A DNA stretch of 64,000 nucleotides, from NCBI GenBank assembly GCA_041750285.1, contig JBGSZS010000011.1, forward strand, positions 86,981 to 150,980. Direction: 5' to 3'. The notes under the pieces are model-generated. The model worked only from the letters and a program-made list of their open reading frames with translations. It did no database searches and was not told the origin of the DNA. Made by a program: the position numbers and the translations under genes. Source of the stretch: Candidatus Fermentibacteraceae bacterium. Its GTDB lineage: Bacteria > Fermentibacterota > Fermentibacteria > Fermentibacterales > JCC-6. Shown in pieces: positions 19,503-28,965 of the stretch (position 1 is its first letter; the number at the start of each line of letters is the position of its first letter).

Positions 19503-20360
19503 TTACTCGCCGGGAACCTCTATCCTGACGGTGTTCCCTGCACGGTAGACAGAGAGGGCCACCGTTTCTCCAGTGTTTATGATGCCCCTGAGGGATTCGG
19601 GGTGGTAAACCCTCATTCCGCCGGCATCAATGACAAGGTCCCCGCTTCGAAGACCGCAGCCTTCCGCCCTCGAACCTTCGCATACGTCGACGATGAGAAC
19701 GCCGGAAGGAGTCTCTTCGTCCATTTCCCCCAGGGTGTATGCCAGGGCCGAAACGCCGAATGGAGAACCCGAGCCCCTGACCCCGTTCACCAGGCTGCTG
19801 CTCCAGACGCTCCAGAGTTGGGAGGGAAGAAGGGCCAGCCTGTCATTTCCATCCCCGTCCGGAATGGTTCCGGTGACGATCCCGAGAAGGCGCCCCGAAG
19901 CGTCGTATGCGGCGGCACCCATCAGCCCCGGGGCCGGTCCCATGGATAGAACGACGGAGCCGTCGTTCCTGGTGTCGGTCGTTCTGGTCTGAAGGAACGT
20001 GATCCCGTCGGAGCGGTATCCGGCAATGAATACCGCCTCCCCTGACACTGGAGCATCCAGCCGGGGGTCATTCCATCTCGAGAAAGGCTCACCGTCGAAC
20101 ACAAGCATGGCAAGACCGAGATCGCGAAAAAGGATTGCGCTGTCGGGAAGAAGCCTGCCTTCGTCGGTTATGACGAAGGGCATGGCCCCGCTTGCGAAGC
20201 TGAAGAGCGTGACGGCATGGCTCGGGGAGACCGGAGCGCCGTTGCAGACTTCCACGAGTCCCATGGAATCGAGCCGCCCGAGTGCGATCACTGAGGGAGC
20301 GGCGTCCGGCATCTCCGGGATGAACGCGCGCCCGGAGAGAACGAGAAGTAAGAGAAGCAT
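19503..20360 (-). CDS. HtrA/DegS-like trypsin-fold + PDZ protein, apparently catalytically degenerate
   Basis: PGLMGAAAYDASGRLLGIVT aligns to PGNSGGPL...GIxT; PDZ GVLIVDVCEGSRAEGCGLRSGDLVI. Confidence 0.75.
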   Translation of the reverse strand: MLLLLLVLSGRAFIPEMPDAAPSVIALGRLDSMGLVEVCNGAPVSPSHAVTLFSFASGAMPFVITDEGRLLPDSAILFRDLGLAMLVFDGEPFSRWNDPRLDAPVSGEAVFIAGYRSDGITFLQTRTTDTRNDGSVVLSMGPAPGLMGAAAYDASGRLLGIVTGTIPDGDGNDRLALLPSQLWSVWSSSLVNGVRGSGSPFGVSALAYTLGEMDEETPSGVLIVDVCEGSRAEGCGLRSGDLVIDAGGMRVYHPESLRGIINTGETVALSVYRAGNTVRIEVPGE

Positions 20361-20367
20361 CGGCCTC

Positions 20368-20805
20368 CTAGAACGTGGTTAGGGTCACGGGCCTTGTATA
20401 GGCCGACGGGGGGATCGGAGTGTACTGCTCTTCGGAGTTCCCGGAAGGGGATGCCGGCGCAACGGGGGGCATGAAGATCCTGGCGGCGAAGACAAGCATG
20501 GCAGCGAAAGGAATGATCACCGCTGCCCTCCGCAGGAGTACAAACCTGGAACCTGCCCGGGTTTTAAGGGGGGACGTGTCATAATCGCGCAGTGAAAGCC
20601 TTGATCTTACAGCTGCCTCGAGGTTTTGGGGAGGGTTGAAGTCGGGGAGGGAAGCGACCGCCCCGGAAAGGGCCCGGGAGATCTCGAGAGCCCTCCGGCA
20701 ATCCGCGCAGCCGTTGAGATGAAAGCGGAGCATGCTTTCCTGCCTGGCATCGGTTTCACCGTCGATGCTGAGGCTTATCAATTCGAGGGCTTCACTGCAT
20801 TTCAT
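20368..20805 (-). CDS. Zinc-binding anti-sigma factor (zf-HC2) with TM helix
   Basis: MKCSEALELISLSIDGE...HLNGCADCR; one TM helix. Confidence 0.9.
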   Translation of the reverse strand: MKCSEALELISLSIDGETDARQESMLRFHLNGCADCRRALEISRALSGAVASLPDFNPPQNLEAAVRSRLSLRDYDTSPLKTRAGSRFVLLRRAAVIIPFAAMLVFAARIFMPPVAPASPSGNSEEQYTPIPPSAYTRPVTLTTF

Positions 20806-21395
20806 CGCCAATGCTCCCATACATCCTGCAGAGTTTCTCTAAGGGCCGCCCTGGCCCTGTTTATCCTGGATTTCACGGTACCTATCCTTATGTTCAATAT
20901 TTCCGAAATCTCATCGTAGGACAACCCTTCCTTCTCCCTGAGCAGGAAAGGCTCGCGGTAGTGGTGCGGGAGAAGGGAGATGGCTTTCTCCAGTTTCAGC
21001 TGAAGGTCCCGGCTGCCCTCCCTGTCGTGGGGTGAGTCGACCTCCTGAGTGGAGACAACGGCATTCTCGAGGGGAACGCTGTTCCAGCGGGAGCGCCGTC
21101 TCCATTCCTTCTTCGCCAGGTTGCTCGCTATGGTGAATATCCAGGTAACCAGAGGCCTTTCGGGGTCGTAGTTCGTGCGGTATCTATAAACCCTGCAGAA
21201 TGTCACCTGGAGAAGTTCTTCAGCGTCGTCCTCGTTTCCGAGCATCCGAAGCAGGAGGGAGTAGACAGGTTTGCTGAACCTGTCCATGATTTCGCTGAAG
21301 GCGTCTTCATCGCCCCTGCAGAGGGCCACCATCAGTTCGGAATCAGCCCTGGAATCACGCTTCTTTTTCATCAGACCCGCAAGAAGCACTCCCAT
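20802..21395 (-). CDS. ECF sigma-70 factor (RpoE/SigW-like)
   Basis: DAEELLQVTF, TWIFTIASN, LSYDEISEILNIRIGTVKSRINRAR; start may be 21371. Confidence 0.95.
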   Translation of the reverse strand: MGVLLAGLMKKKRDSRADSELMVALCRGDEDAFSEIMDRFSKPVYSLLLRMLGNEDDAEELLQVTFCRVYRYRTNYDPERPLVTWIFTIASNLAKKEWRRRSRWNSVPLENAVVSTQEVDSPHDREGSRDLQLKLEKAISLLPHHYREPFLLREKEGLSYDEISEILNIRIGTVKSRINRARAALRETLQDVWEHWR

Positions 21396-21504
21396 GTGTC
21401 AAACCTCCGGAGTATGATTTCACAATCTATTACCCCGTGGCCGACCTCTTGTTCCCGCTGCCGTTCCTTGACCCCGCGGCCCTTCCGTCGTAAGGATACA
21501 CCCT

Positions 21505-23415
21505 ATGAAAAGGAAACCGGGAATCTCAGTTCTACGCAGGCTTGTCTCCTACGCCGCACCCTACAGGGGCAGGGTATGGCTGGCCATTTTTTTCTCGGTG
21601 GTGTTCGCGGTCTCAAGCGGCGCAACACTGGGTATGATACTTCCTCTGTTCGATGATGTCCTGACTCAGCGGGATGCGGGTTCCGACGCCCCCGGCCTTG
21701 CCGAAGCGATCCGGCGGGAGGCGGGCGCTTCGTGGAGAAGCTTCACCTCAGGCATCGGCAGGTCAGATCCCGCCGAGTCGGCCGCTCACCTGTCCGACAC
21801 CGGGAAGGCACTGAGACGGGGTCTCAGGACAGCGGATCCCCGCCAGGCGCTTCTTGCGGTGATCATCATCGTCGTGGGACTGATCCTCCTCAAGAACTTC
21901 GCCGCCTTCATGCAGGCCTTCCACCTGACCCTGGTGGAGGAGAGGCTGCTGGAAGACCTGAGGGGCAGGATATACAAACACATCCTCGGCCTGCATCTGG
22001 GTTTCTTCACGGGCAGCAGGACCGGTGAGCTCACCACCCTTCTCACGGCCGACGTCATGCGGATAAAGGGGGCAGTGACTCAGTCGCTTGTCACCGTACT
22101 GAAGGAAGCCGTTCTTCTCCTCGTATTCCTCTCCCTGGCACTTCTTTCGTCCTGGCGTCTGACGCTCGTCACATTCCTGGTATTCCCTCCGGGAATGGCC
22201 CTGATCACATCACTGGCAAGGAAGCTCAGGAAAAGCACCCACCGGTCCCAGGAGCGCATGGCTGACTTCGCGAGCGTCCTGCAGGAGTCCCTTGTGGGCA
22301 TCCGGGTCGTGAAGGCTTTCGGAATGGAGGCGTTCGAGGAGGGCAGGTTCACCCTGGCATCTTCCGACCATCGCCGGCACGAACTGCACCTGCGGCGCGT
22401 GAAGGCTTTCTCGGGTCCCCTGACTGAAATCCTCGGAGCGGTGGTGAGCGCCGTCGTTCTCTGGTTCGGGGGAAGGGAGGTCATCCAGGGTGACGGCATG
22501 AGCGCCGGAAGATTCCTCGTCTTCCTCGCGGCAGTTCTGAGCATGATGGATCCGGTGAAGGCTTTGGGAAAGGCCTGGGCCGGCATTCAGGAGGGGCTTG
22601 CTTCCGCAGACCGCCTTTTTGGAATACTCGACACGAAACCACTTGTCGTTGACGCCGCCGCTCCCGTGCGCATCATGTCCTTTGACGACTGCATCGCCTT
22701 CAACGATGTCTCTTTCTCATATCTGCCGGGCAAGAGGGTCCTTCACAACGTGAACCTCACGATAAGGAAGGGGGAGATGGTTGCCCTTGTGGGACCGAGC
22801 GGCGGCGGCAAGAGCACTCTTGCGGACATGATCCCGCGCTTCCATGACCCGCTGTCCGGTTCGGTGACCATCGACGGCATGGACCTCAGATCAGTGGAGA
22901 CCGCAAGCCTCAGACGGCTGCTTGGCCTTGTCACGCAGGAGACGATCCTGTTCAATGATACGGTTCGCAACAACATTGCCTATGGCAACCCCGAAACGCC
23001 CATCTCGGAGATTCACAGGGCTGCTGAGACTGCAAATGCCATGGAGTTCATCCAGAAACTGCCGAAGGGTTTCGACACCGTGATCGGTGAACGGGGCGCC
23101 ACACTTTCCGGGGGACAGAGGCAAAGGCTGGCAATCGCCAGGGCCGTTCTCAAGAACCCGCCCATACTCGTTTTCGACGAGGCTACATCCAGTCTCGACA
23201 CCCGCAGCGAGAAACTCGTACAGAAAGCTGTGGAATGCCTTGTGGCCGGCAGGACATCGGTCGTCACCGCCCACAGGCTCAGCACCATCAGAAAGGCTGA
23301 CCGCGTCATCTACATCGAGGATGGCCGCATTCTCGAGGAGGGCACCCACGAATCCCTTCTCGCCAGGGGAGGCAGGTACCGCGCGCTCTATGAACTGCAG
23401 TTCGCAGAAGACTGA
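21505..23415 (+). CDS. ABC exporter, fused permease-ATPase (MsbA-like)
   Basis: GPSGGGKST, LSGGQRQR, VFDEATSSLD, AHRLST; next to a GT9 gene. Confidence 0.9.
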   Translation: MKRKPGISVLRRLVSYAAPYRGRVWLAIFFSVVFAVSSGATLGMILPLFDDVLTQRDAGSDAPGLAEAIRREAGASWRSFTSGIGRSDPAESAAHLSDTGKALRRGLRTADPRQALLAVIIIVVGLILLKNFAAFMQAFHLTLVEERLLEDLRGRIYKHILGLHLGFFTGSRTGELTTLLTADVMRIKGAVTQSLVTVLKEAVLLLVFLSLALLSSWRLTLVTFLVFPPGMALITSLARKLRKSTHRSQERMADFASVLQESLVGIRVVKAFGMEAFEEGRFTLASSDHRRHELHLRRVKAFSGPLTEILGAVVSAVVLWFGGREVIQGDGMSAGRFLVFLAAVLSMMDPVKALGKAWAGIQEGLASADRLFGILDTKPLVVDAAAPVRIMSFDDCIAFNDVSFSYLPGKRVLHNVNLTIRKGEMVALVGPSGGGKSTLADMIPRFHDPLSGSVTIDGMDLRSVETASLRRLLGLVTQETILFNDTVRNNIAYGNPETPISEIHRAAETANAMEFIQKLPKGFDTVIGERGATLSGGQRQRLAIARAVLKNPPILVFDEATSSLDTRSEKLVQKAVECLVAGRTSVVTAHRLSTIRKADRVIYIEDGRILEEGTHESLLARGGRYRALYELQFAED

Positions 23416-24340
23416 CCATCTGCTGATTCGTCTGCACTCCCTGGGGGACGTCGTTCTGGCGGCGCCCACGGCAGCTGCCGCTGCGGCACACGGTTCGGCT
23501 GCCTTTCTGACCCGTACTGCCTTTCTTCCCGTCGTCCGCCGCTTCAGGGGAAGCGTAACCCCCATCGGGTGTGACGGCGGTGCCTTCCATCTGGCGCGGG
23601 CAGCCGCGGGACACCGCGGCGGGATCATCGTGGACCTTCAGAACAACATCCAGACAAGGCTTGCCTTTCCCCGGGCGAAACGGTTTCGTTTCGACAGGGC
23701 CCTGAGAAGAAGGATCATCGCCCTGGGGCGGAACGCGGGCGAAATGCCCTTTCGTCCCGAGGCATTCCTGAAAGCTGCGGGCTTCTCCGGTCATGACCCC
23801 GAACCCAGGCTGGAACGGCATGCCTGCCCCCCACGACATGGCTTCACCGTTGGGATAGTAACGGGCGGGCGATGGCCCCTCAAGGCACTGCCCGAAGCGG
23901 TCGCCGCCGAACTTGCAAGGCTTTTCTGCGATCTCGAAGGAGCCCGGGTCTTCCTGCTCGGTGACCGTCCGGACCTGCCGGAAGCGGGGAGGATCCTCGA
24001 ATCCTGCGGAAGCAGGGATGTTCTGAACGTTTGTGGCGAGGGAGATGTGGAAACCCTTCTTAAAAGGATCGAGGGGCTCGATCTGCTCGTTTCCCCCGAC
24101 TCGGGGCCCGGGCACCTTGCAAGGGGCCTCGGCGTGCCCACGCTGGTGGTCTTCACATCGACATCGCCGAGGCTCGGTTTCTGGAAGCGCTCCGCAAAGG
24201 ACTGCCATGAAGTACCGGGTGTCCCCTGCAGGCCGTGCCACAGGCACGGAGGGAGGGAATGCCCCCTTGGTGTGGCCGCCTGCCGCACCAGGCTCGTTCC
24301 CCGGGAGATCCACGACCTTGCGATCGGGCTGACAAGGTGA
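23390..24340 (+). CDS. Glycosyltransferase family 9 (LPS heptosyltransferase-like)
   Basis: LIRLHSLGDVVL, VSPDSGPGHLA, CRPCHRHGGRECP. Confidence 0.9.
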   Translation: MNCSSQKTDHLLIRLHSLGDVVLAAPTAAAAAAHGSAAFLTRTAFLPVVRRFRGSVTPIGCDGGAFHLARAAAGHRGGIIVDLQNNIQTRLAFPRAKRFRFDRALRRRIIALGRNAGEMPFRPEAFLKAAGFSGHDPEPRLERHACPPRHGFTVGIVTGGRWPLKALPEAVAAELARLFCDLEGARVFLLGDRPDLPEAGRILESCGSRDVLNVCGEGDVETLLKRIEGLDLLVSPDSGPGHLARGLGVPTLVVFTSTSPRLGFWKRSAKDCHEVPGVPCRPCHRHGGRECPLGVAACRTRLVPREIHDLAIGLTR

Positions 24341-26886
24341 GCGCGGACACCAGTCCAATGATGCGCCAGTACCTGGCCCTGAAGGAGCGCCACTCCCAAT
24401 GTGTGCTGCTCTTCAGAATGGGTGACTTCTACGAGGCATTCTTCGACGATGCCGAACTGATAAGCAGGCTGCTCGGCATCACGCTCACCGCCAGACAGAA
24501 GAAGGACGACGGCACCGGCATCCCTCTTGCCGGCTTTCCCCACCATGCGCTTGACGGATACCTTGCGAGGCTCCTCAGGTCGGGATGCCGCGTGGCCATC
24601 TGCGAACAGATGGAAGACCCTGCAAAGGCGAAGGGGCTTGTTCACAGGGATGTCATCGAGGTCGTGACCCCCGGCACGGTCATCAGCGGAGAAAGCCTGG
24701 ATCCCGGACAGACAGTTCTGCTGGCCTCCGCCCTGACATTGGGCAGCGCTTCCGCCCTGATCCTGTGCGACCTGTCCACCGGGGAGATTCGTTCCACGAG
24801 CATGGAGGCCCCCCTTCTTCTTCCGGAGATATCCAGGATGGCTCCCAGGGAACTTCTCGTTCCCGCCGGAACACTCCTGTCCTGCCCCTCCGACTGTGAG
24901 CTGACCGAGCTGGAGAGATGGAAGTTCGACACTGACCATGGAAGAAGGCTTGTGGAACAACGATTCGGGAAGGGTGCCCCCGAAGGTTTCCAGCTCACGG
25001 AGAGCCCCCCCCTGCTGGGCGCGATGGGGGCATTGCTGGCCTATCTCGAGGAAACGAAAAGGGCATCCCTTGCACATCTTCAGTTCGCGGGGAGCTACCG
25101 CAGGGATCAATCACTGGTCATCGACGGCGAAACGGCTGTCAGCCTGGGAATAACGCACGGCGTCCCCGGAGAGGAGGAGGCGGTACTCTCCGACGTTACG
25201 GACCGCACGGTCACGGCGGCCGGTTCAAGGCTCTGGAGGCAGTGGCTTTCCGCCCCCCCAAGGGATCCGGGGACCATCACGGAAAGGTACAGGGCAATAG
25301 CCGAGCTGATGGAAAACGGCCTGTCCGAGGCTGTCCGCAACCGCTTGAAGGGCTGTTGCGACCTTGCCCGGCAGACCGGCAGGCTGGGCTCACTTCGCAC
25401 CACCCCTCGCGATCTGAGGGCCATCTGCGCGACCGCCCGTCATCTTCCCGGCATTGCCGGGCTTCTTGCTTCCTCAAAGAACCCCATACTGCGCCGCATC
25501 GCCGGGATGGACACGCTGGACGACATCGCAGAACTCATCGACGGGAACATCAGTCCCGATCCTCCCGCGAGGATCTCCGACGGCGGGGTGATTCGCGCCG
25601 GTGCGAATGCAGAGCTGGATCAGCTCAGGGAGGTGAGGTCCGGCGGCCGGGAATGGATGAGGGAGATGGCCGAGAGGGAGAAGAAGAGCACCGGCATCGC
25701 CAGAATGAGCATCGGCTACAACAAAGTCTTCGGCTACTACATCGAGGTCTCCAGATCATCCCTTCCCCAGGTGCCCGAAAGCTGGACGCGCAGACAGACC
25801 CTTGTGGGTGCCGAGCGCTTCATAACGCCCGAGCTCAAGGAATGGGAGGGAAGGATACTCAGGGCGGAGGAGCTTACCGCAGCCCTTGAAGAGAGCCTTT
25901 TTCAGGACGTCAGGAACCGCGTGGCCGGAAGCCTTCTGAGGATAGCGGAGACGGGAAGGATGCTCGCCGCGCTGGACGTTCTGGCTTCACTGGCGGCACT
26001 GGCGGCTGAGCGCCGCTGGTGCATGCCTGAACTTGTGGACGTACCGAGGCTGGAGATAGTCGAGGGAAGGCATCCTGTTCTGGAAAAGCTTCTTCCCGCC
26101 GGCGAATGCGTACCCAACTCCATCCTGCTCGAGCCGGGCAGGCGAATACTCCTTGTCACCGGGCCGAACATGGCGGGAAAGTCAACGATCCTCAGGCAGG
26201 CCGCCCTGACGCTGGTACTCGCCCAGACCGGCTCCTTCGTGCCGGCGGAGAGAATGGTTTTCAGCCCGATGGACAGGCTGTACACCAGGATCGGAGGGGC
26301 TGACCGCCTGACGAGGGGGCAGTCGACGTTCCTTGTTGAAATGGCCCAGGCGGCCTCCATCCTGAACGGATCGACCAGTCGCAGCCTTGCCGTTCTGGAC
26401 GAGGTGGGGAGGGGCACCAGCACCTTCGATGGCCTCTCCCTTGCATGGGCGATGCTCGAGTACCTTCACGACCACAGGGAACACAGACCGCTCGTCCTTT
26501 TCGCCACGCACTACCATGAGCTGGTGGCCCTCGCTTCAAGGCTCCGGGAAGCGGCAAACGTGAACGTTCTCGTCAGGGAGACGGGGGAGGGGGTGGCGTT
26601 CCTCTACAGGATGGAGGACGGCGCCACTGACAGGTCGTACGGGATCCATGTGGCCTCCATGGCCGGTGTTCCGGCAGCAGTCATCCGCAGGGCCGCCCGT
26701 GTCCTTTCGGACCTTGAGGCGGGCCGGCACCTTCTGCCGTCCGGAACCGACGCGGAAGGTCAGCTCTCGCTGCCTCTTTCCAACCCGGCCCATCCGGTCA
26801 TCGAGGAGATCAGGAACATCGACCCGGACAGCCTGACCCCGCTGAAGGCCATCGAGCTTCTCTACAGCCTCAGGGAGAAACTCTGA
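24337..26886 (+). CDS. mutS: DNA mismatch repair protein MutS
   Basis: SPMMRQY, FRMGDFYE, TGPNMAGKST, STFLVEM, DEVGRGT, FATHYHEL, SYGIHVA. Confidence 0.98.
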   Translation: MSADTSPMMRQYLALKERHSQCVLLFRMGDFYEAFFDDAELISRLLGITLTARQKKDDGTGIPLAGFPHHALDGYLARLLRSGCRVAICEQMEDPAKAKGLVHRDVIEVVTPGTVISGESLDPGQTVLLASALTLGSASALILCDLSTGEIRSTSMEAPLLLPEISRMAPRELLVPAGTLLSCPSDCELTELERWKFDTDHGRRLVEQRFGKGAPEGFQLTESPPLLGAMGALLAYLEETKRASLAHLQFAGSYRRDQSLVIDGETAVSLGITHGVPGEEEAVLSDVTDRTVTAAGSRLWRQWLSAPPRDPGTITERYRAIAELMENGLSEAVRNRLKGCCDLARQTGRLGSLRTTPRDLRAICATARHLPGIAGLLASSKNPILRRIAGMDTLDDIAELIDGNISPDPPARISDGGVIRAGANAELDQLREVRSGGREWMREMAEREKKSTGIARMSIGYNKVFGYYIEVSRSSLPQVPESWTRRQTLVGAERFITPELKEWEGRILRAEELTAALEESLFQDVRNRVAGSLLRIAETGRMLAALDVLASLAALAAERRWCMPELVDVPRLEIVEGRHPVLEKLLPAGECVPNSILLEPGRRILLVTGPNMAGKSTILRQAALTLVLAQTGSFVPAERMVFSPMDRLYTRIGGADRLTRGQSTFLVEMAQAASILNGSTSRSLAVLDEVGRGTSTFDGLSLAWAMLEYLHDHREHRPLVLFATHYHELVALASRLREAANVNVLVRETGEGVAFLYRMEDGATDRSYGIHVASMAGVPAAVIRRAARVLSDLEAGRHLLPSGTDAEGQLSLPLSNPAHPVIEEIRNIDPDSLTPLKAIELLYSLREKL

Positions 26887-26901
26887 TACCGCTTCTCTCC
26901 G

Positions 26902-26930
26902 TTGACAATACACTGCCAATGGGGTAAACT
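26902..26930 (+). promoter_or_regulatory. Near-consensus sigma70 promoter
   Basis: TTGACA-17 bp-TAAACT. Confidence 0.7.
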
Positions 26931-26960
26931 AATGCCAGAGACGTTTCATGAACCGAAAGG

Positions 26961-27980
26961 ATGGTACCGGGAATGCGTGGTGTTGTTCTCTGTGTGGCTC
27001 TCTTACCGTTCACCGTGTTCGCCGCCACGGTGCTGAACAGCTTCGACGCCCCGGACACGGGCATAAGCGGCCTGGCCTGGGGGAACGGCCATCTCTGGGC
27101 GGTCGACGGCACCACCCAGTACGTCTACCAGCTGGACCCCACCGACGGCGAGGTGCTTTCCTCGTTCTACATCACCGATCAGACCCCATCCTACAATCCG
27201 GTGCCCAGCGGCCTTGCATGGGGCGGTTCGATGATCTACGCCCCGATGACCTACGCCTCCTCCTACGGTAAAGTCTACAAGTATGACGAGTCGGGAGTGC
27301 TTCAGGGCACCTTCGACTCCTACTGTTGAGGCAGCCCCCTCTACTCGTCGGTGACGGGTGCATGCTTCGATTCGAACTACATCTACATTCTCGGAACCAA
27401 CTATTCGGGAGCTCCCGTGGTTGCCAGGTTCACCACGGCGGGTTCGGTCAGCAGCTACATGACCCTGTTCCCCGGTCTCGGCACTGGCTACCATGACATA
27501 GCCTTCCTTTCGGGAGGCGGTGTATGGATCGCCCGTGACAACGCAGACAGTCCGATACTCGCCTACAATGCCAGCGGAGTTCTCTCCGGATACGTAGAAG
27601 GATCGGTGATCTCCGCGGCATGCGGTCTTGCCGTCGATTCCGAGGGCCATCTCTGGGCCAGCAACCCCGACGACGACATGATCTACCAGATCGATGTGAT
27701 CACCGCATCCGGGGAAGAGAACTCATCCGCGGTCACCCCAAGGTCTCTCACGGTCAGCTCGAACCCCTTCGTCGGTTCGGTCCTGATCACGGGTCAGGGT
27801 TTTGTCGGCGCCGATGTCCGGATCTTCGACGTGTTCGGCAGGACCGTCGAATCAGCGCCATTTTCCGGCAGTTATCTCTGGAACGCGCAGTCCGTCTCCC
27901 CGGGCATCTACTTCGCAAGGGTGTCAGACAGCTCTGAAACCCTCGTGACAAGGCTGGTCAAGACCGCAGGAACGCGCTAG
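26961..27980 (+). CDS. Secreted beta-propeller protein with a T9SS-like CTD, interrupted by one in-frame TGA (27327-27329); candidate selenoprotein, alternatively a nonsense pseudogene
   Basis: ORFs 26961..27329 and 27351..27980 are in the same frame with no other stop. Read-through gives FDSYC-U-GSPLYSSVTGACFD. The signal peptide is in part 1 and the CTD (SNPF...IFDVFGR...SPGIYF) in part 2. Confidence 0.75.
27342..27360 (+). promoter_or_regulatory. SECIS-like hairpin downstream of the in-frame UGA
   Basis: TACTCGTC-GGT-GACGGGTG: 8-bp stem (2 G-U pairs), G-led apical loop 20 nt after the UGA. Confidence 0.55.
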
Positions 27981-27987
27981 GCGATTC

Positions 27988-28018
27988 GAGGGGGTGGCTT
28001 CGGCCACCCTCTCTTTTT
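27988..28018 (+). terminator. Intrinsic terminator
   Basis: GAGGGGGTGGC-TTCG-GCCACCCTCTC followed by TTTTT. Confidence 0.85.
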
Positions 28019-28086
28019 GTCCCCGTACTATACAGGTGTTTACATTGCGGTTCGAATTCGCTATGTATCCCCCGGGAGGTAAACAC

Positions 28087-28467
28087 ATGAACACATGGCT
28101 TGTTTCACAGGAAACGGGGGGCCGGCAGGTCAGTCCGATCAGGGTGCATTTTCAGGGTGGCGACAGGGTGGCCATTCTGCTGAACCTCGGAGACTCAGGC
28201 GCAACCGCCGTGCTCTCCGAAAGGGTCTGGTGTCTGACGGGTCCGGGCTGCGGTTCGGGCAGGCTTTACAGGACATTGTCCACCAGCAGGGCGGGTTCAC
28301 GGGGAATGATGCTCCTTCGCGGCGCCAGGATAATGGACGAGGGCCGGCTTGCCGAGAACATGACCATCGGCATAATACGCGAGCTTCTCGACCTCGACGT
28401 GCACGACACTGCCAGCTGCCGTGCGGTGCCTTTCCCGGCGGGTCACCACGGCGGCTCGTGCGCCTGA
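28087..28467 (+). CDS. Hypothetical protein
   Basis: Strong GGAGGT RBS 6 nt before the ATG; fills the gap; no recognised motif. Confidence 0.45.
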   Translation: MNTWLVSQETGGRQVSPIRVHFQGGDRVAILLNLGDSGATAVLSERVWCLTGPGCGSGRLYRTLSTSRAGSRGMMLLRGARIMDEGRLAENMTIGIIRELLDLDVHDTASCRAVPFPAGHHGGSCA

Positions 28468-28561
28468 TGCCCGTCCCAGGCTGAACCGACAGATTGAATA
28501 ACGGTACCCTTCCAGAGCGGCTTTGATTATCGTATGGAGAAGGCGTTCACGAAGGGATGAG

Positions 28562-28945
28562 ATGTTTCAGGGAAGATGCACCGCACAGAAGCTTGCCATT
28601 GCCAGGGTCCTGTGCGAAACACACGATCACCCCAGCGCTTCCATGATACATGAGCGCGTCCGTGAGGTAATTCCAAACATCAGCCTCGCAACCGTATACA
28701 GGAACCTTGAAGCCATGCTGGCCGCCGGCAGGATCAATGCGGTTTCCGGCGCGCCTGAATGCCGCTTCGATGCCAATACGCTGCCACACCACCACTTTTT
28801 CTGTCAGCGCTGCCACTTGCTCAGGGATGTCCCCGCCAACGGCGTGGGAGTCTCCCTGACCTACCCGGAATCCATAGACGGCTGCAGCGTAACCGGTGCG
28901 CAGCTTCTTTTCTCCGGCTACTGCCACGCGTGCAGGCCGGACTGA
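28562..28945 (+). CDS. Fur family regulator (PerR-like)
   Basis: HDHPSA, ISLATVYRNL, RFDAN..HHHFFCQRC, GYCHAC. Confidence 0.9.
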   Translation: MFQGRCTAQKLAIARVLCETHDHPSASMIHERVREVIPNISLATVYRNLEAMLAAGRINAVSGAPECRFDANTLPHHHFFCQRCHLLRDVPANGVGVSLTYPESIDGCSVTGAQLLFSGYCHACRPD

Positions 28946-28965
28946 CCGATCGGAAGGGTAACCAA

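Noticed and set aside
26961..27980. Genome-wide UGA reassignment (Trp/Gly) as the explanation for the in-frame TGA
   Set aside because: Many conserved genes here (secG, mutS, topA, hslU, dapF) end at TGA at their expected lengths, often in ATGA/TGATG overlaps.
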